Of a stretch of 64,000 nt of DNA, positions 19,784 through 28,862 are shown in pieces. The notes under the pieces were generated by a model. The model was not told the origin of the DNA, ran no database searches, and saw only the letters and a list, made by a program, of their open reading frames with translations. The position numbers and the translations under genes are program-made. The DNA comes from an uncultured delta proteobacterium (GTDB lineage Bacteria; Desulfobacterota; WTBG01; CAIYCZ01; CAIRTM01), in NCBI GenBank assembly GCA_903911225.1, contig CAIWCT010000037.1, positions 2,450 to 66,449 on the forward strand, written 5' to 3'. Each line of letters opens with the position of its first letter. Positions within the stretch are counted from its first letter, which is position 1.

Positions 19784-19933
19784 CCTGAAGGCTGTTAGAC
19801 TGTTAGGTTAAGATTTTTTTGTGATTTTGTAAAAATTGCTCTTCCTCTTCCATACAACCTAACGACCTACAGCCTATCCACCTGCGTATCATAGCCTTCA
19901 GTCCATCCAACGTAATAGTTAAGGACATAAAAT

Positions 19934-21004
19934 ATGATTGGGATTCACGATCGCCCGGGCAGTTTTTCCGACAGGTGGATATTGTATTGCACGGACAAGG
20001 GAATTCCTTTCCGGCGCGTTAATTGTCTGGCAACGGATGTGGTGCTTCAATGTAAGGGGTTAGACGGATTGCTCTGGCACTGGCCGCATGACGATCCGCA
20101 ACATGTAATCGTGGCGCGGCAGGTCATCACGGCCTTGGAAATGCAAGGGCTCAGCGTCTTTCCGAATGTAAATACCTGTTGGCACTTTGATGATAAGATC
20201 GCCCAAAAGTATCTGCTGGAGTCTATTGGTGCCCCTTTGATACCCACATGGGTGTTTACCAACAAAGGGGATGCCTTGCGGTGGATTGAGGGGGCCGCCT
20301 GGCCAAAAGTGTTCAAGCTGCGGTGCGGAGCCGGTTCGGCCAATGTCAGACTCGTGCATTCCCGAAGCCAGGCTATTGCTCTTTGCCGTCAGGCATTCAG
20401 CAGCGGATTTCCTGCAGTGGCCGGCTATCTGACAGATATGCAAACCCGGGCCCGGACAACCAGGAATGCCCATGAGTTCTGGCAAAGACTCGCCCGCGCG
20501 CCAAGATCGCTGCTGAAGTTTATGGCTCTTCGCCGGCAAATGCACTGGGAGCGAGGATACATCTATTTTCAGGAATTTCTCCCTGGAAATGCGTTTGACA
20601 CCCGCATCACCATCATTGGCGACCGGGCATTCGGATTCATGCGCGCAAACCGGCCAAATGATTTTCGAGCATCCGGTAGCGGTTCAATTATTTACGATCC
20701 TGAAAAAATTGATAAACGCTGTGTTGAAATAGCGTTTCAGGTAGCAGATCGCATGGGCACACAGAGTCTGTCTTTCGATTTTCTGTTCAACCAACAACAT
20801 GTACCAATGATCGGAGAAATCAGCTACAGCTATAAGTCTTTGGCAGTTCACGCCTGCGAAGGACACTGGGACCGCGAAGGCACATGGCATGCGGGGCATG
20901 TCTGGCCGGAAGAGGCAATCCTGGAGGACTTGCTTGCGTCTTGCCGTCAAAGGACGCAAAAAGCGGGCTCTTTAAACATATCTGTAGGGAGTTCTGTCGG
21001 ATAG
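19934..21004 (+). CDS. ATP-grasp family ligase
   Basis: DDKIAQKYLLESIGAPLIPTWVF...WPKVFKLRCGAGSANVRLV...YIYFQEFLPGNAFDTRITIIGDRAFGFMRANRPNDFRASGSG...SFDFLF...IGEISY. The order of ATP-grasp motifs is conserved. Confidence 0.7.
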   Translation: MIGIHDRPGSFSDRWILYCTDKGIPFRRVNCLATDVVLQCKGLDGLLWHWPHDDPQHVIVARQVITALEMQGLSVFPNVNTCWHFDDKIAQKYLLESIGAPLIPTWVFTNKGDALRWIEGAAWPKVFKLRCGAGSANVRLVHSRSQAIALCRQAFSSGFPAVAGYLTDMQTRARTTRNAHEFWQRLARAPRSLLKFMALRRQMHWERGYIYFQEFLPGNAFDTRITIIGDRAFGFMRANRPNDFRASGSGSIIYDPEKIDKRCVEIAFQVADRMGTQSLSFDFLFNQQHVPMIGEISYSYKSLAVHACEGHWDREGTWHAGHVWPEEAILEDLLASCRQRTQKAGSLNISVGSSVG

Positions 21005-21009
21005 AACCC

Positions 21010-21345
21010 CTTGTTACGCTTGTTATATGTCATTGCCATGGCCATTCAGTGGTGTATCCGGGCCATGAAAGGCAGTGGTCGTATCGTCGTAGGCGATGCC
21101 CGAATTCAAGGTGACCTGCCAAAATGTATGGATGCGGCGCGGCTACAGTGCTTTTTAATACTCTGCGTCCAGGCGAATGCACCCGTCGAATGGCGCGATT
21201 TTCGCCGCACGGGGTTCACCAAAGAGCATTTGATTAAGAGTGTGTTTGCAATGTTCCATTGCGGGTCGATTTGATTCTGCGGCAGCACAGGAAGATATGC
21301 CGGCAGAATAAAAACAGCAGACCGGCAAGCCCCGTTCGGCAATAA
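21010..21345 (+). pseudogene. Chimeric remnant: an internal DUF362 fragment fused to a GT4 3'-end fragment
   Basis: 21010-21212 aligns by eye with 18630-18836 (AMAIQWC..GDA.IQG.DLPK...VEWRDFRRT), with a 3-bp gap. 21223-21345 aligns with 18243-18363, the last codons of the GT4 gene at 17188-18363, including gcagaataaaaa.agcag. No intact ORF remains. Confidence 0.8.
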
Positions 21346-21359
21346 AAGGTAACACAAGT

Positions 21360-23285
21360 ATGTGCGGATTCATCGGACTATGGGAAGGTAATTGCCGGGA
21401 GACAGAACAGCTGTCTTGTACGGCAGCCTTGATGGCCGACACACTTAAACATCGTGGGCCAGACGATTCAGGAATTTGGACGGACGCCGCCGCAGGCATT
21501 GCACTGGGGTTTCGCCGATTGGCCATTCTTGACCTTTCGCATGCGGGGCACCAGCCCATGCACTCCGCCAGTGGCCGATATGTTGTCGTGTTTAACGGCG
21601 AGGTGTACAACTTCGACGACCTGCGGCGCGAGTTGGCGGGGGCCGGGCATACGTTTCTTGGCCACTCCGACACTGAAGTCATTCTTGCCAGCATCGAGCA
21701 CTGGGGCCTTCGCAAGGCCGTGTGCCGCTTTGTGGGCATGTTTGCAATTGCCCTATGGGATCGTCGCGAACGAACGCTTATGTTGGTCCGCGACCGGCTC
21801 GGCATCAAGCCGCTTTATTACGGATGGGTGGGTAAGAACTTTATTTGCGGATCCGAACTGAAGGCCCTGTGCGCCTACCCCGGCTTCTCCCGGGAAGTGG
21901 ATCGCGGCGCTCTCTCACTGTATCTTCGTCACCTCTACGTGCCTACACCGTATTCAATCTATAAAGGCATATACAAGTTGCCGCCTGGGTGCCTGTTGGA
22001 GGTGCGGTTGGATGCTTTGCCCGATACTCTCAAGCCAACACCTTACTGGTCGGCGCAGGATGCCGCTGCAGATAATTTTGCCAATCGCTTTGACGAATCG
22101 GACAGCGAACTGGTGGATCGTCTTGATACCTTATTGCGGGAAGCCGTTCGTATCCGCATGGTGGCCGATGTACCGCTCGGGGCTTTTCTCTCCGGTGGCA
22201 TTGATTCATCACTTGTGGTCGGTTTGATGCAGGCGCAAAGCGAAAAACCAGTAAAAACTTTTACTATTGGGTTTCATGAAAAGCAATACAATGAAGCAGA
22301 GTATGCCCGGGCTGTTGCAAAACACTTGTGTACGGAACATACCGAACTGTATGTCTCACCTGCAGATGCAAAAGCGGTTATTCCACAACTGCCCGATATG
22401 TTCGATGAGCCCTTTGCCGACTCGTCACAGATTCCAACATTTTTGCTATCGGCATTGACCCGTAGACATGTTACCGTAAGCCTGTCCGGAGATGGTGGAG
22501 ACGAGCTTTTTGGAGGATATCAGAGATTTGCCACAAATGCAGAGCGGTGGCGATTATGGGGATGGTGCCCACCAAAGATTCGTCATTTTGTTGGTGATAT
22601 GATCCTTTCTGTGGTAGGAAGGAATCCTCTTGAAGAGAACCGATTCCTGCCACGGGGTTTAATGGACAGATTGCGATTAGAGGCCAGGCTTATCTCTCAA
22701 GAAAGTCGTGAAGCAATGTACCGTGACTATGTCTCTTGGTTACGCAATCCTTCGGAAATGGTTCGTCGTGGATGGGAACCGTCGTATGCCCTGACTGATC
22801 GCTCCAAATGGCCTCAGATTCCAAACTTTTATGAGCAAATGATGTATCTCGATACTGTCAATTATCTGTCGGATGATATTCTTACGAAAGTTGATCGCTC
22901 AAGCATGGCCGTTGGCCTGGAAGCGCGTGTGCCTCTTTTGGATCATCGGGTTGCTGAATTTGCTTGGCGGTTGCCATTTTCGCAGAAGTTTCGAAATGGT
23001 CAGGGGAAATGGATTCTCAGGCAAGTTCTTGATCGCTATGTCCCGAGCGGGCTTATCAATCGTCCCAAAATGGGTTTTGCCGTCCCGGTTGAATTCTGGA
23101 TGCGAGATTCGCTGCGCGATTGGGCGGAATCTTTGCTTGATGAGCGTAAAATGAACGACGATGGTTTTCTTAACGCCCGTCTTGTCCGTTCATGGTGGAA
23201 AGCATTTCTGGGAGGACAATACCAGTGGCACCCGCAGCTTTGGGCAATACTCATGTTCCAGGCATGGAGAGATCGCTGGCTGTAA
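21360..23285 (+). CDS. Asparagine synthase family (glutamine-hydrolysing) amidotransferase, AsnB/WbpS-like
   Basis: N-terminal nucleophile MCGF. HRGPDD. Class-II GATase core NGEVYNF. PP-loop FLSGGIDSS. Long C-terminal synthetase domain. Confidence 0.85.
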   Translation: MCGFIGLWEGNCRETEQLSCTAALMADTLKHRGPDDSGIWTDAAAGIALGFRRLAILDLSHAGHQPMHSASGRYVVVFNGEVYNFDDLRRELAGAGHTFLGHSDTEVILASIEHWGLRKAVCRFVGMFAIALWDRRERTLMLVRDRLGIKPLYYGWVGKNFICGSELKALCAYPGFSREVDRGALSLYLRHLYVPTPYSIYKGIYKLPPGCLLEVRLDALPDTLKPTPYWSAQDAAADNFANRFDESDSELVDRLDTLLREAVRIRMVADVPLGAFLSGGIDSSLVVGLMQAQSEKPVKTFTIGFHEKQYNEAEYARAVAKHLCTEHTELYVSPADAKAVIPQLPDMFDEPFADSSQIPTFLLSALTRRHVTVSLSGDGGDELFGGYQRFATNAERWRLWGWCPPKIRHFVGDMILSVVGRNPLEENRFLPRGLMDRLRLEARLISQESREAMYRDYVSWLRNPSEMVRRGWEPSYALTDRSKWPQIPNFYEQMMYLDTVNYLSDDILTKVDRSSMAVGLEARVPLLDHRVAEFAWRLPFSQKFRNGQGKWILRQVLDRYVPSGLINRPKMGFAVPVEFWMRDSLRDWAESLLDERKMNDDGFLNARLVRSWWKAFLGGQYQWHPQLWAILMFQAWRDRWL

Positions 23286-23373
23286 TGAACTATAAGCTAT
23301 GGCGCAATATGATACAAGGTGAGAAGCCCCACACCATCGGGAGTTGTTCAATAAAGTTCTCAAAAGGTGACCA

Positions 23374-24672
23374 TTGAATTCTTCACTTTTTCAAAAATCA
23401 CATGTCATAAATCCAGATGGCTGCAAAGAGTCTCTGGATGAAACCATCGATTATTCATCGCTCGCAAAGGCACAAAGAATTGCTTTGTACCTTTACTTTT
23501 TTTCCATCAACTTCGAGGTTTGGGATCCATTAAATACCGATGGGTCTTTTTCGATAGCGAAGCTCATGGGATTTATTTATTTACTTACGATAATCCCTCG
23601 GATCAAGAATTTTCTCAGAGTAGATGGACTGCAATCCTTTTTACGGCCCGTCTGGCTCTATTTTGGCTTGATCACATTAATAGATTGCCTTAACCTTACT
23701 GAAATGTCCGGCGAATTCTTTGATTTTTCCATGTTTCAAAATATCTTTTTATTATGGTTTTTAATGAATCATGCACGGCAAGATTCCCTGGTTTTGGAAA
23801 AGGGAATTCTCAGCTTTACATTAGGTTCTGTTGCTCTGTCGCTGCTGTACAGTGCCGGTATTGGAACCGAATATGAGCTCGGCAGAGTCATGATTTTTGG
23901 TGATAATCCAAATGCTATCGGGGTAAGAATTAGTATTGCGCTGCCGATAGTTATCTTGACGGTAGTACAAAATAGATTCAATTTCGGAAGGCTGCGCTAT
24001 TTATTGCTCATCTCCCTGCCTCTCTTGATAAAGCTTCTTTTGGAAACCGGTTCTCGCGTTGCTTTGATTTCCATAGCTTTAATGTTGGTAGTGGGAATAG
24101 TGTTGTTCAAAACAAAAAGTATTTTTGGTAAAATTGCATCTTTTGCCTTCGGTGTGCTGGTTTGTATCTATGGCTGGCTGATTGTGATGGAGTCGGATAT
24201 TTATGTAAAACGCCTAGCGGACACTTATTATAAAGGCGACTTGGCGGGAAGAGAAGTTTATTGGGAGACTTTATTGCCACTTATTGAAAGTAACCCGTTT
24301 TTTGGGGTTGGGAAAATAGGTTACGCTGATTTTTGTCAAAGAGCCATAGGTTATCTGTTTAGTCCGCATAATGTGTTTTTGGAAGTGCTTTGTTATACCG
24401 GCATTGTAGGATTAAGCCTTTATTTGACTTTTTTGTATCGGATAGCAAAAAAAGGCTATGAAAGTTACAAGACCGAGGGCTTGCTGCTTCCACTGCTTTA
24501 CTTAATTCCTATTGCGGGCTTGCTTTTTAGTGGTCAAATTCTTTCTACAAAAATTGGCTGGTGCCTCTTTGCGTATATCACAGGTGTTTCTCTGTTTACA
24601 CCAAAAGCAGAGTCAGAGTCAGTAAATGAGGTTGATACGTTTACCCCGCATGATGATTCTTCGCCGTCGTAG
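23374..24672 (+). CDS. wzy: O-antigen polymerase/ligase family membrane protein (Wzy-like)
   Basis: About 10-12 TM helices. Visibly AT-richer than the flanking genes. ETGSRVALISIALMLVVG segment and a large loop before the last helices. TTG is the first possible start after an in-frame stop, with AAAAGG 7 nt upstream. Confidence 0.6.
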   Translation: MNSSLFQKSHVINPDGCKESLDETIDYSSLAKAQRIALYLYFFSINFEVWDPLNTDGSFSIAKLMGFIYLLTIIPRIKNFLRVDGLQSFLRPVWLYFGLITLIDCLNLTEMSGEFFDFSMFQNIFLLWFLMNHARQDSLVLEKGILSFTLGSVALSLLYSAGIGTEYELGRVMIFGDNPNAIGVRISIALPIVILTVVQNRFNFGRLRYLLLISLPLLIKLLLETGSRVALISIALMLVVGIVLFKTKSIFGKIASFAFGVLVCIYGWLIVMESDIYVKRLADTYYKGDLAGREVYWETLLPLIESNPFFGVGKIGYADFCQRAIGYLFSPHNVFLEVLCYTGIVGLSLYLTFLYRIAKKGYESYKTEGLLLPLLYLIPIAGLLFSGQILSTKIGWCLFAYITGVSLFTPKAESESVNEVDTFTPHDDSSPS

Positions 24673-24991
24673 ATAGCGTCTGTTTGAGGGAAGCATATGC
24701 AGCACGTGGTTGAAAGCCGAGTGGCTGCGAGCTTTAACAAGGAGCTACATGCTGGTCAAAACAATGGTGAAGCAGGAAAATTTTGACTGATCAGACCTGT
24801 ACAACTAAAATATCTTTGATACCCCACTGCTTGCGGCGGGGTGTTTTATTGATTATGTACAGTAAAGAAATTGTGTTTGGTTTATAATGAGGATCACAAA
24901 GCTCACTGAAAGCCCCGGCTGCTGGGCTTTGTACATGATGCGGGCGTGGCCTTGAATGCTGAATGTCTCATCTGTATACAGGGGGAAATTA

Positions 24992-26125
24992 ATGATACCC
25001 GTAAGTGATCCCCCGAAGTTCACTTTGTTCATCGCGGATCTCGGGGGCGGCGGGGCGGAAAGAGTTTTCGTGAATCTGGGAAAAGCACTCTCGCAAAGCG
25101 GCTACCCCGTTGATCTCGTCGTTGGAACCCTTCATGGGGCGGTGTACCTCGACGAACTACCCCCCGATGTGAGGTTGATTAACCTGGGGGTAAGCCGTAT
25201 GGCCTTCGGGGCTCCTAGCCTTATCCGGTACTTACGGCGCGAGAGGCCGTCTGCTATCCTCGCTACAGGGGGGCATTCCAGTTGCCTGGCTGTCTTGGCC
25301 CATCAGTTTTCCGGTGTGCGTACAAGGATGATCGTGCGTGAAGCTAACATGGTTGGTCAGGGACTTCGGGCCATGATGCCCCTGATGCGTTGGGCGTTTT
25401 CTTTGGCTATGTGGTACTGTTACCACCGCGCCGACCACATGATCGCCGTTTCCCGGGGGGTCGCTGACGATCTGAGCGGACAGCTCGGCATACCATGGAA
25501 GAAGCTGTCCGTAATCTACAGTCCTCTCATCTCCAATGCACTTCAAAACCGCGCTTTGGAACCCCTGGACCACGAGTGGTTCCAAGAGGGGCAACCCCCC
25601 GTGATCCTCTCGGTGGGCCGGTTGACAGCCCAGAAGGACCAGCAAACTTTGATACGGGCTTTCGCCCTTGTGCGAAAGAAAGTGGTTGCAAAACTCGTGA
25701 TTCTCGGAGAAGGGGAAAATCGGGCGAAACTGGAGGCCCTCATTTCGGAGCTGGGTCTGGCGTCTGACATCTCCTTGCCGGGTTTCCACAAGAACCCCTT
25801 CGCCTTCATGTCGAGGGCGAGGCTTTTTGTCCTTTCTTCGGCTTGGGAAGGGCTCCCCGGGTCGCTTATTCAGGCCATGGCCTGTGGATGCCCCGTCGTC
25901 AGCACAGACTGCCCGAGCGGACCGAAGGAAATCCTGCAGGATGGACGCCTGGGTAGGCTGGTTCCGGTTGGGGACGCCACAAGCATGGCGGGGGCTATTT
26001 TGGAAAGCCTTTCCAAGGGGCGTAAGGCGCCCTGCGGCCCTGAGGATCTTTACCCGTACACGGTGGAATATTCCACACGGGAGTATATAAAGATTCTCCT
26101 CGGCGGCAAAGCGACTCCGCCATGA
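24992..26125 (+). CDS. Glycosyltransferase family 4
   Basis: FIADLGGGGAERVFVNL. VLSSAWEGLPGSLIQAMACGCPVVSTDCPSGPKEIL. The ATG at 24992 has a GGGGGA RBS. Confidence 0.85.
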   Translation: MIPVSDPPKFTLFIADLGGGGAERVFVNLGKALSQSGYPVDLVVGTLHGAVYLDELPPDVRLINLGVSRMAFGAPSLIRYLRRERPSAILATGGHSSCLAVLAHQFSGVRTRMIVREANMVGQGLRAMMPLMRWAFSLAMWYCYHRADHMIAVSRGVADDLSGQLGIPWKKLSVIYSPLISNALQNRALEPLDHEWFQEGQPPVILSVGRLTAQKDQQTLIRAFALVRKKVVAKLVILGEGENRAKLEALISELGLASDISLPGFHKNPFAFMSRARLFVLSSAWEGLPGSLIQAMACGCPVVSTDCPSGPKEILQDGRLGRLVPVGDATSMAGAILESLSKGRKAPCGPEDLYPYTVEYSTREYIKILLGGKATPP

Positions 26126-26228
26126 GCTGGTCGCGTGAGATTCTTGAGGAGCAAGACATACGATGTTTTGGTCCCAGCAAGCTGGAGGACAACTGGTACG
26201 CCCACCTCATGGCGGAGTCGCTTTGCCG
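26104..26228. repeat. Perfect 23-bp inverted repeat with a 79-nt spacer, spanning the stop codon of the GT4 gene
   Basis: CGGCAAAGCGACTCCGCCATGAG (26104-26126) is the exact reverse complement of CTCATGGCGGAGTCGCTTTGCCG (26206-26228). Confidence 0.95.
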
Positions 26229-26304
26229 TTCATGTGTCCCTGCATAATAAGATAGTGCCTATGCCTCTAATGATGCAGCGTCATAGCCATCCTGGAGTTT
26301 TTAA

Positions 26305-27471
26305 ATGAATATCACAATGCTCACAGAGAGCCTCGGCAGCGGAGGGGCCGAAAGGCAGCTATGCATTTTGGCTGTGGAGATGAAACGCCGTGGTCATTCT
26401 GTCCAAGTAGTGACTTACGCTCCGGGTGATTTTTATTTATCTATGCTTCAGAAAGCGAATGTAAACCATATATTCCTTGGTGGACAGGGAACATGGGAGT
26501 GGCAGAGCAAAATAAGGCGGTTTTTGAGAAGTGAACGTCATGCCGTGGTTCTGGCATTTCTTCAGAGCAGTGCGGCATACGCTGAGTTGGCGGCTTTGCC
26601 TTCCCGCCGGTGGGGGCTTGTTGTCAGTGAACGGCTTGCATTACAGGATATGGATACTGGTGCATACCGTTTTAGAAAGTATTTCCATTTGATTGCCGAC
26701 GCCATTACTGTGAACTCTCATGCCAATCGGCTAATGCTGGAAAAAGCAGTGTCGGCGCTTAAAAATCGTATGGTGACGATATACAACGCAGTGGACCTTG
26801 AAAGGTTCAAACCAGGCGCAACTCCGTGCAAATCTAAAGAGTTACGGTTGGTTGTAGCTGCCAGAATCAACAAACAAAAAAACCTGTTAGGGTCTATCGA
26901 AGCGGTTGAGCTCCTGCACCATCGGAGGGGAATCCGAGTGTCAGTTGAATGGTATGGGAATATTGCAGATGATCCACCATTGTTGTGCCAAGCCAAGCGC
27001 CGGATCACTGAGCTTGGGCTGACCGATTGTTTTTATATTCACCCGCCTACACGCGACATTATTGCGAAATATCAACAATCGGACGCGGTTTTCCTTCCTT
27101 CTTTCTACGAGGGCCTTCCCAATACGGTATGCGAGGGTATGAGTTGCGGAAAACCGATCCTTATGAGTGCAGTCTGCGATGCAGGAAACCTTGTAAAAGA
27201 GGGGCAAAACGGTTTTTTGTTTTCTCCCCATGATCCGCACGATATCGCCAATGCAATTGAAAAATTTGCTTCATTGTCTGAGGCACAAAGGCATGCTATG
27301 GGCGAGACAAGCAGGCGGATGGCTGAAGAATATTTCTCTCTTACAAAAATTGCCGACCTATACGAAGCAGTTTTATTATCAGCAAGTCAGCGACAGCATC
27401 CCAACATTGGTCATTGGTTGCCTGAAGTGCCGTGGACAGCTTTGCAACACAATAAGTTAGCAGCTTCTTAG
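26305..27471 (+). CDS. Glycosyltransferase family 4
   Basis: LTESLGSGGAERQL. LPSFYEGLPNTVCEGMSCGKPILMSAVCDAGNLVKEGQNGFLF. Confidence 0.85.
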   Translation: MNITMLTESLGSGGAERQLCILAVEMKRRGHSVQVVTYAPGDFYLSMLQKANVNHIFLGGQGTWEWQSKIRRFLRSERHAVVLAFLQSSAAYAELAALPSRRWGLVVSERLALQDMDTGAYRFRKYFHLIADAITVNSHANRLMLEKAVSALKNRMVTIYNAVDLERFKPGATPCKSKELRLVVAARINKQKNLLGSIEAVELLHHRRGIRVSVEWYGNIADDPPLLCQAKRRITELGLTDCFYIHPPTRDIIAKYQQSDAVFLPSFYEGLPNTVCEGMSCGKPILMSAVCDAGNLVKEGQNGFLFSPHDPHDIANAIEKFASLSEAQRHAMGETSRRMAEEYFSLTKIADLYEAVLLSASQRQHPNIGHWLPEVPWTALQHNKLAAS

Positions 27472-27566
27472 CTGTACGGTGCAACTTAATTAAAAGAACC
27501 TCAGGGAACGTCATTCGGGCCTCAGCCTGATCGCAAAACCAGCGTGATCCTGTGTGGCGATGAATA

Positions 27567-27583
27567 CCCCCCCCCTTTTTTTT
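27567..27583. repeat. C9-T8 double homopolymer tract upstream of a GT4 gene
   Basis: ccccccccctttttttt read directly. It ends 32 nt before the ATG at 27615. Confidence 0.95.
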
Positions 27584-27614
27584 GATTTCAGATATTACGG
27601 TATATCACAAGCCC

Positions 27615-28829
27615 ATGAAACTACTTTACATCACTGTCTCCATGCCGTTTGGCCCAGGCGAGGAATTTTTTATCCCGGAGGTGTATGAACTGCTCCGACA
27701 AGGGCATGAGGTGCTAATCGTGCCGCGATTACCCAAAGGAGCAATCGTCAATAAGGACGCCGTGGGGTTGGAGCGCCACAGCATTCGCCGACATCTGTTT
27801 AGTCTGTCTGTACTCTTTGTCGCTGTTTTAGAGATTCTGCGACATCCGGCAGCCGCAATGCGAGCTTTCGCGCTCCTGTTCGATAGCAGCGGCTTGCTTG
27901 TCCTGGCCAGAAACATCGGAGTGTTTCCAAAGGGGTTATGGCTTGCACACGTGGCATACAAGTGGCGAGCCGATCACATTCATGCCCACTGGGCCCGCAC
28001 TACTGCGACCATGGCCATGGTCGCAAGCGAAATGACCGGGATACCGTGGAGTTTCACAGCGCATCGCGGGGATATTGCGGATACCAACCTGCTTGCGACC
28101 AAAACAGCAAAAGCCGCTTTTACAAGGTTTATCTCGCAATCCGGGCTTCACATGGCAGAAGGCTTAGGCGCGCTACGGAAGCCCCGAAGCGCCTGTGTCA
28201 TTCACATGGGCGTTGAATTGTCTGCCCCACCCGTGCTACGGACAAAGACCGATAGCAGCTTTATTGTTCTTTGCCCGGCAAACTTATCTCCAGTCAAAGG
28301 GCACAAGTATCTAGTTGAAGCGATGCTCATTCTCCGGAATTCGGGGGTTTGTTGCAAGTTACTTCTTGCTGGTGCAGGCGGCCTCCAAAAGGAACTCCAG
28401 GATCAAGTTGCTCGACTGGACTTGGAAGCCACAATCTCCTTCCTGGGCCAGGTTGCGCATGATCGACTCCTGCAACTTTACAGAGAAAGTGGTGTCGATG
28501 TTGTTGTTTTGCCGAGTTTGGACCTCGGGAACAATCAGCATGAGGGAGTCCCTGTTTGCTTGATGGAGGCCATGGCGCACGGCATCCCGGTGGTTTCGAC
28601 CCGGACGGGAGGAATCCCCGAACTGCTGCGTGATGGCGCAGGGATTCTGGTGCCTCCGCAAGACCCCGAGGCTTTAGCCGAAGCGATCGAACGGCTGATT
28701 CGTGATTCCGCCCTGCAAATTCAATTGGGTCGTGCTGGAAGGCAACGGATAGAAGAGCAATTCGCCGTAGAACGAACTGTAGCCGGCCTTGTGGCCCGCA
28801 TTGAAGCAACAACAACGGCCGTTAGCTAA
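27615..28829 (+). CDS. Glycosyltransferase family 4 (WcaL-like)
   Basis: MKLLYITVSMPFGPGEEFFIPEV. LPSLDLGNNQHEGVPVCLMEAMAHGIPVVSTRTGGIPELL. Confidence 0.8.
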   Translation: MKLLYITVSMPFGPGEEFFIPEVYELLRQGHEVLIVPRLPKGAIVNKDAVGLERHSIRRHLFSLSVLFVAVLEILRHPAAAMRAFALLFDSSGLLVLARNIGVFPKGLWLAHVAYKWRADHIHAHWARTTATMAMVASEMTGIPWSFTAHRGDIADTNLLATKTAKAAFTRFISQSGLHMAEGLGALRKPRSACVIHMGVELSAPPVLRTKTDSSFIVLCPANLSPVKGHKYLVEAMLILRNSGVCCKLLLAGAGGLQKELQDQVARLDLEATISFLGQVAHDRLLQLYRESGVDVVVLPSLDLGNNQHEGVPVCLMEAMAHGIPVVSTRTGGIPELLRDGAGILVPPQDPEALAEAIERLIRDSALQIQLGRAGRQRIEEQFAVERTVAGLVARIEATTTAVS

Positions 28830-28862
28830 TATGATAGCCGAAAAACAAGCGGGGGAATTTTA

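Noticed and set aside
21155-21808. 217-aa minus-strand ORF
   Set aside because: It runs antisense across the start of the AsnB-like gene and into the pseudogene remnant. It has no RBS or motifs, and the plus-strand gene has the MCGF and SGGIDSS signatures.
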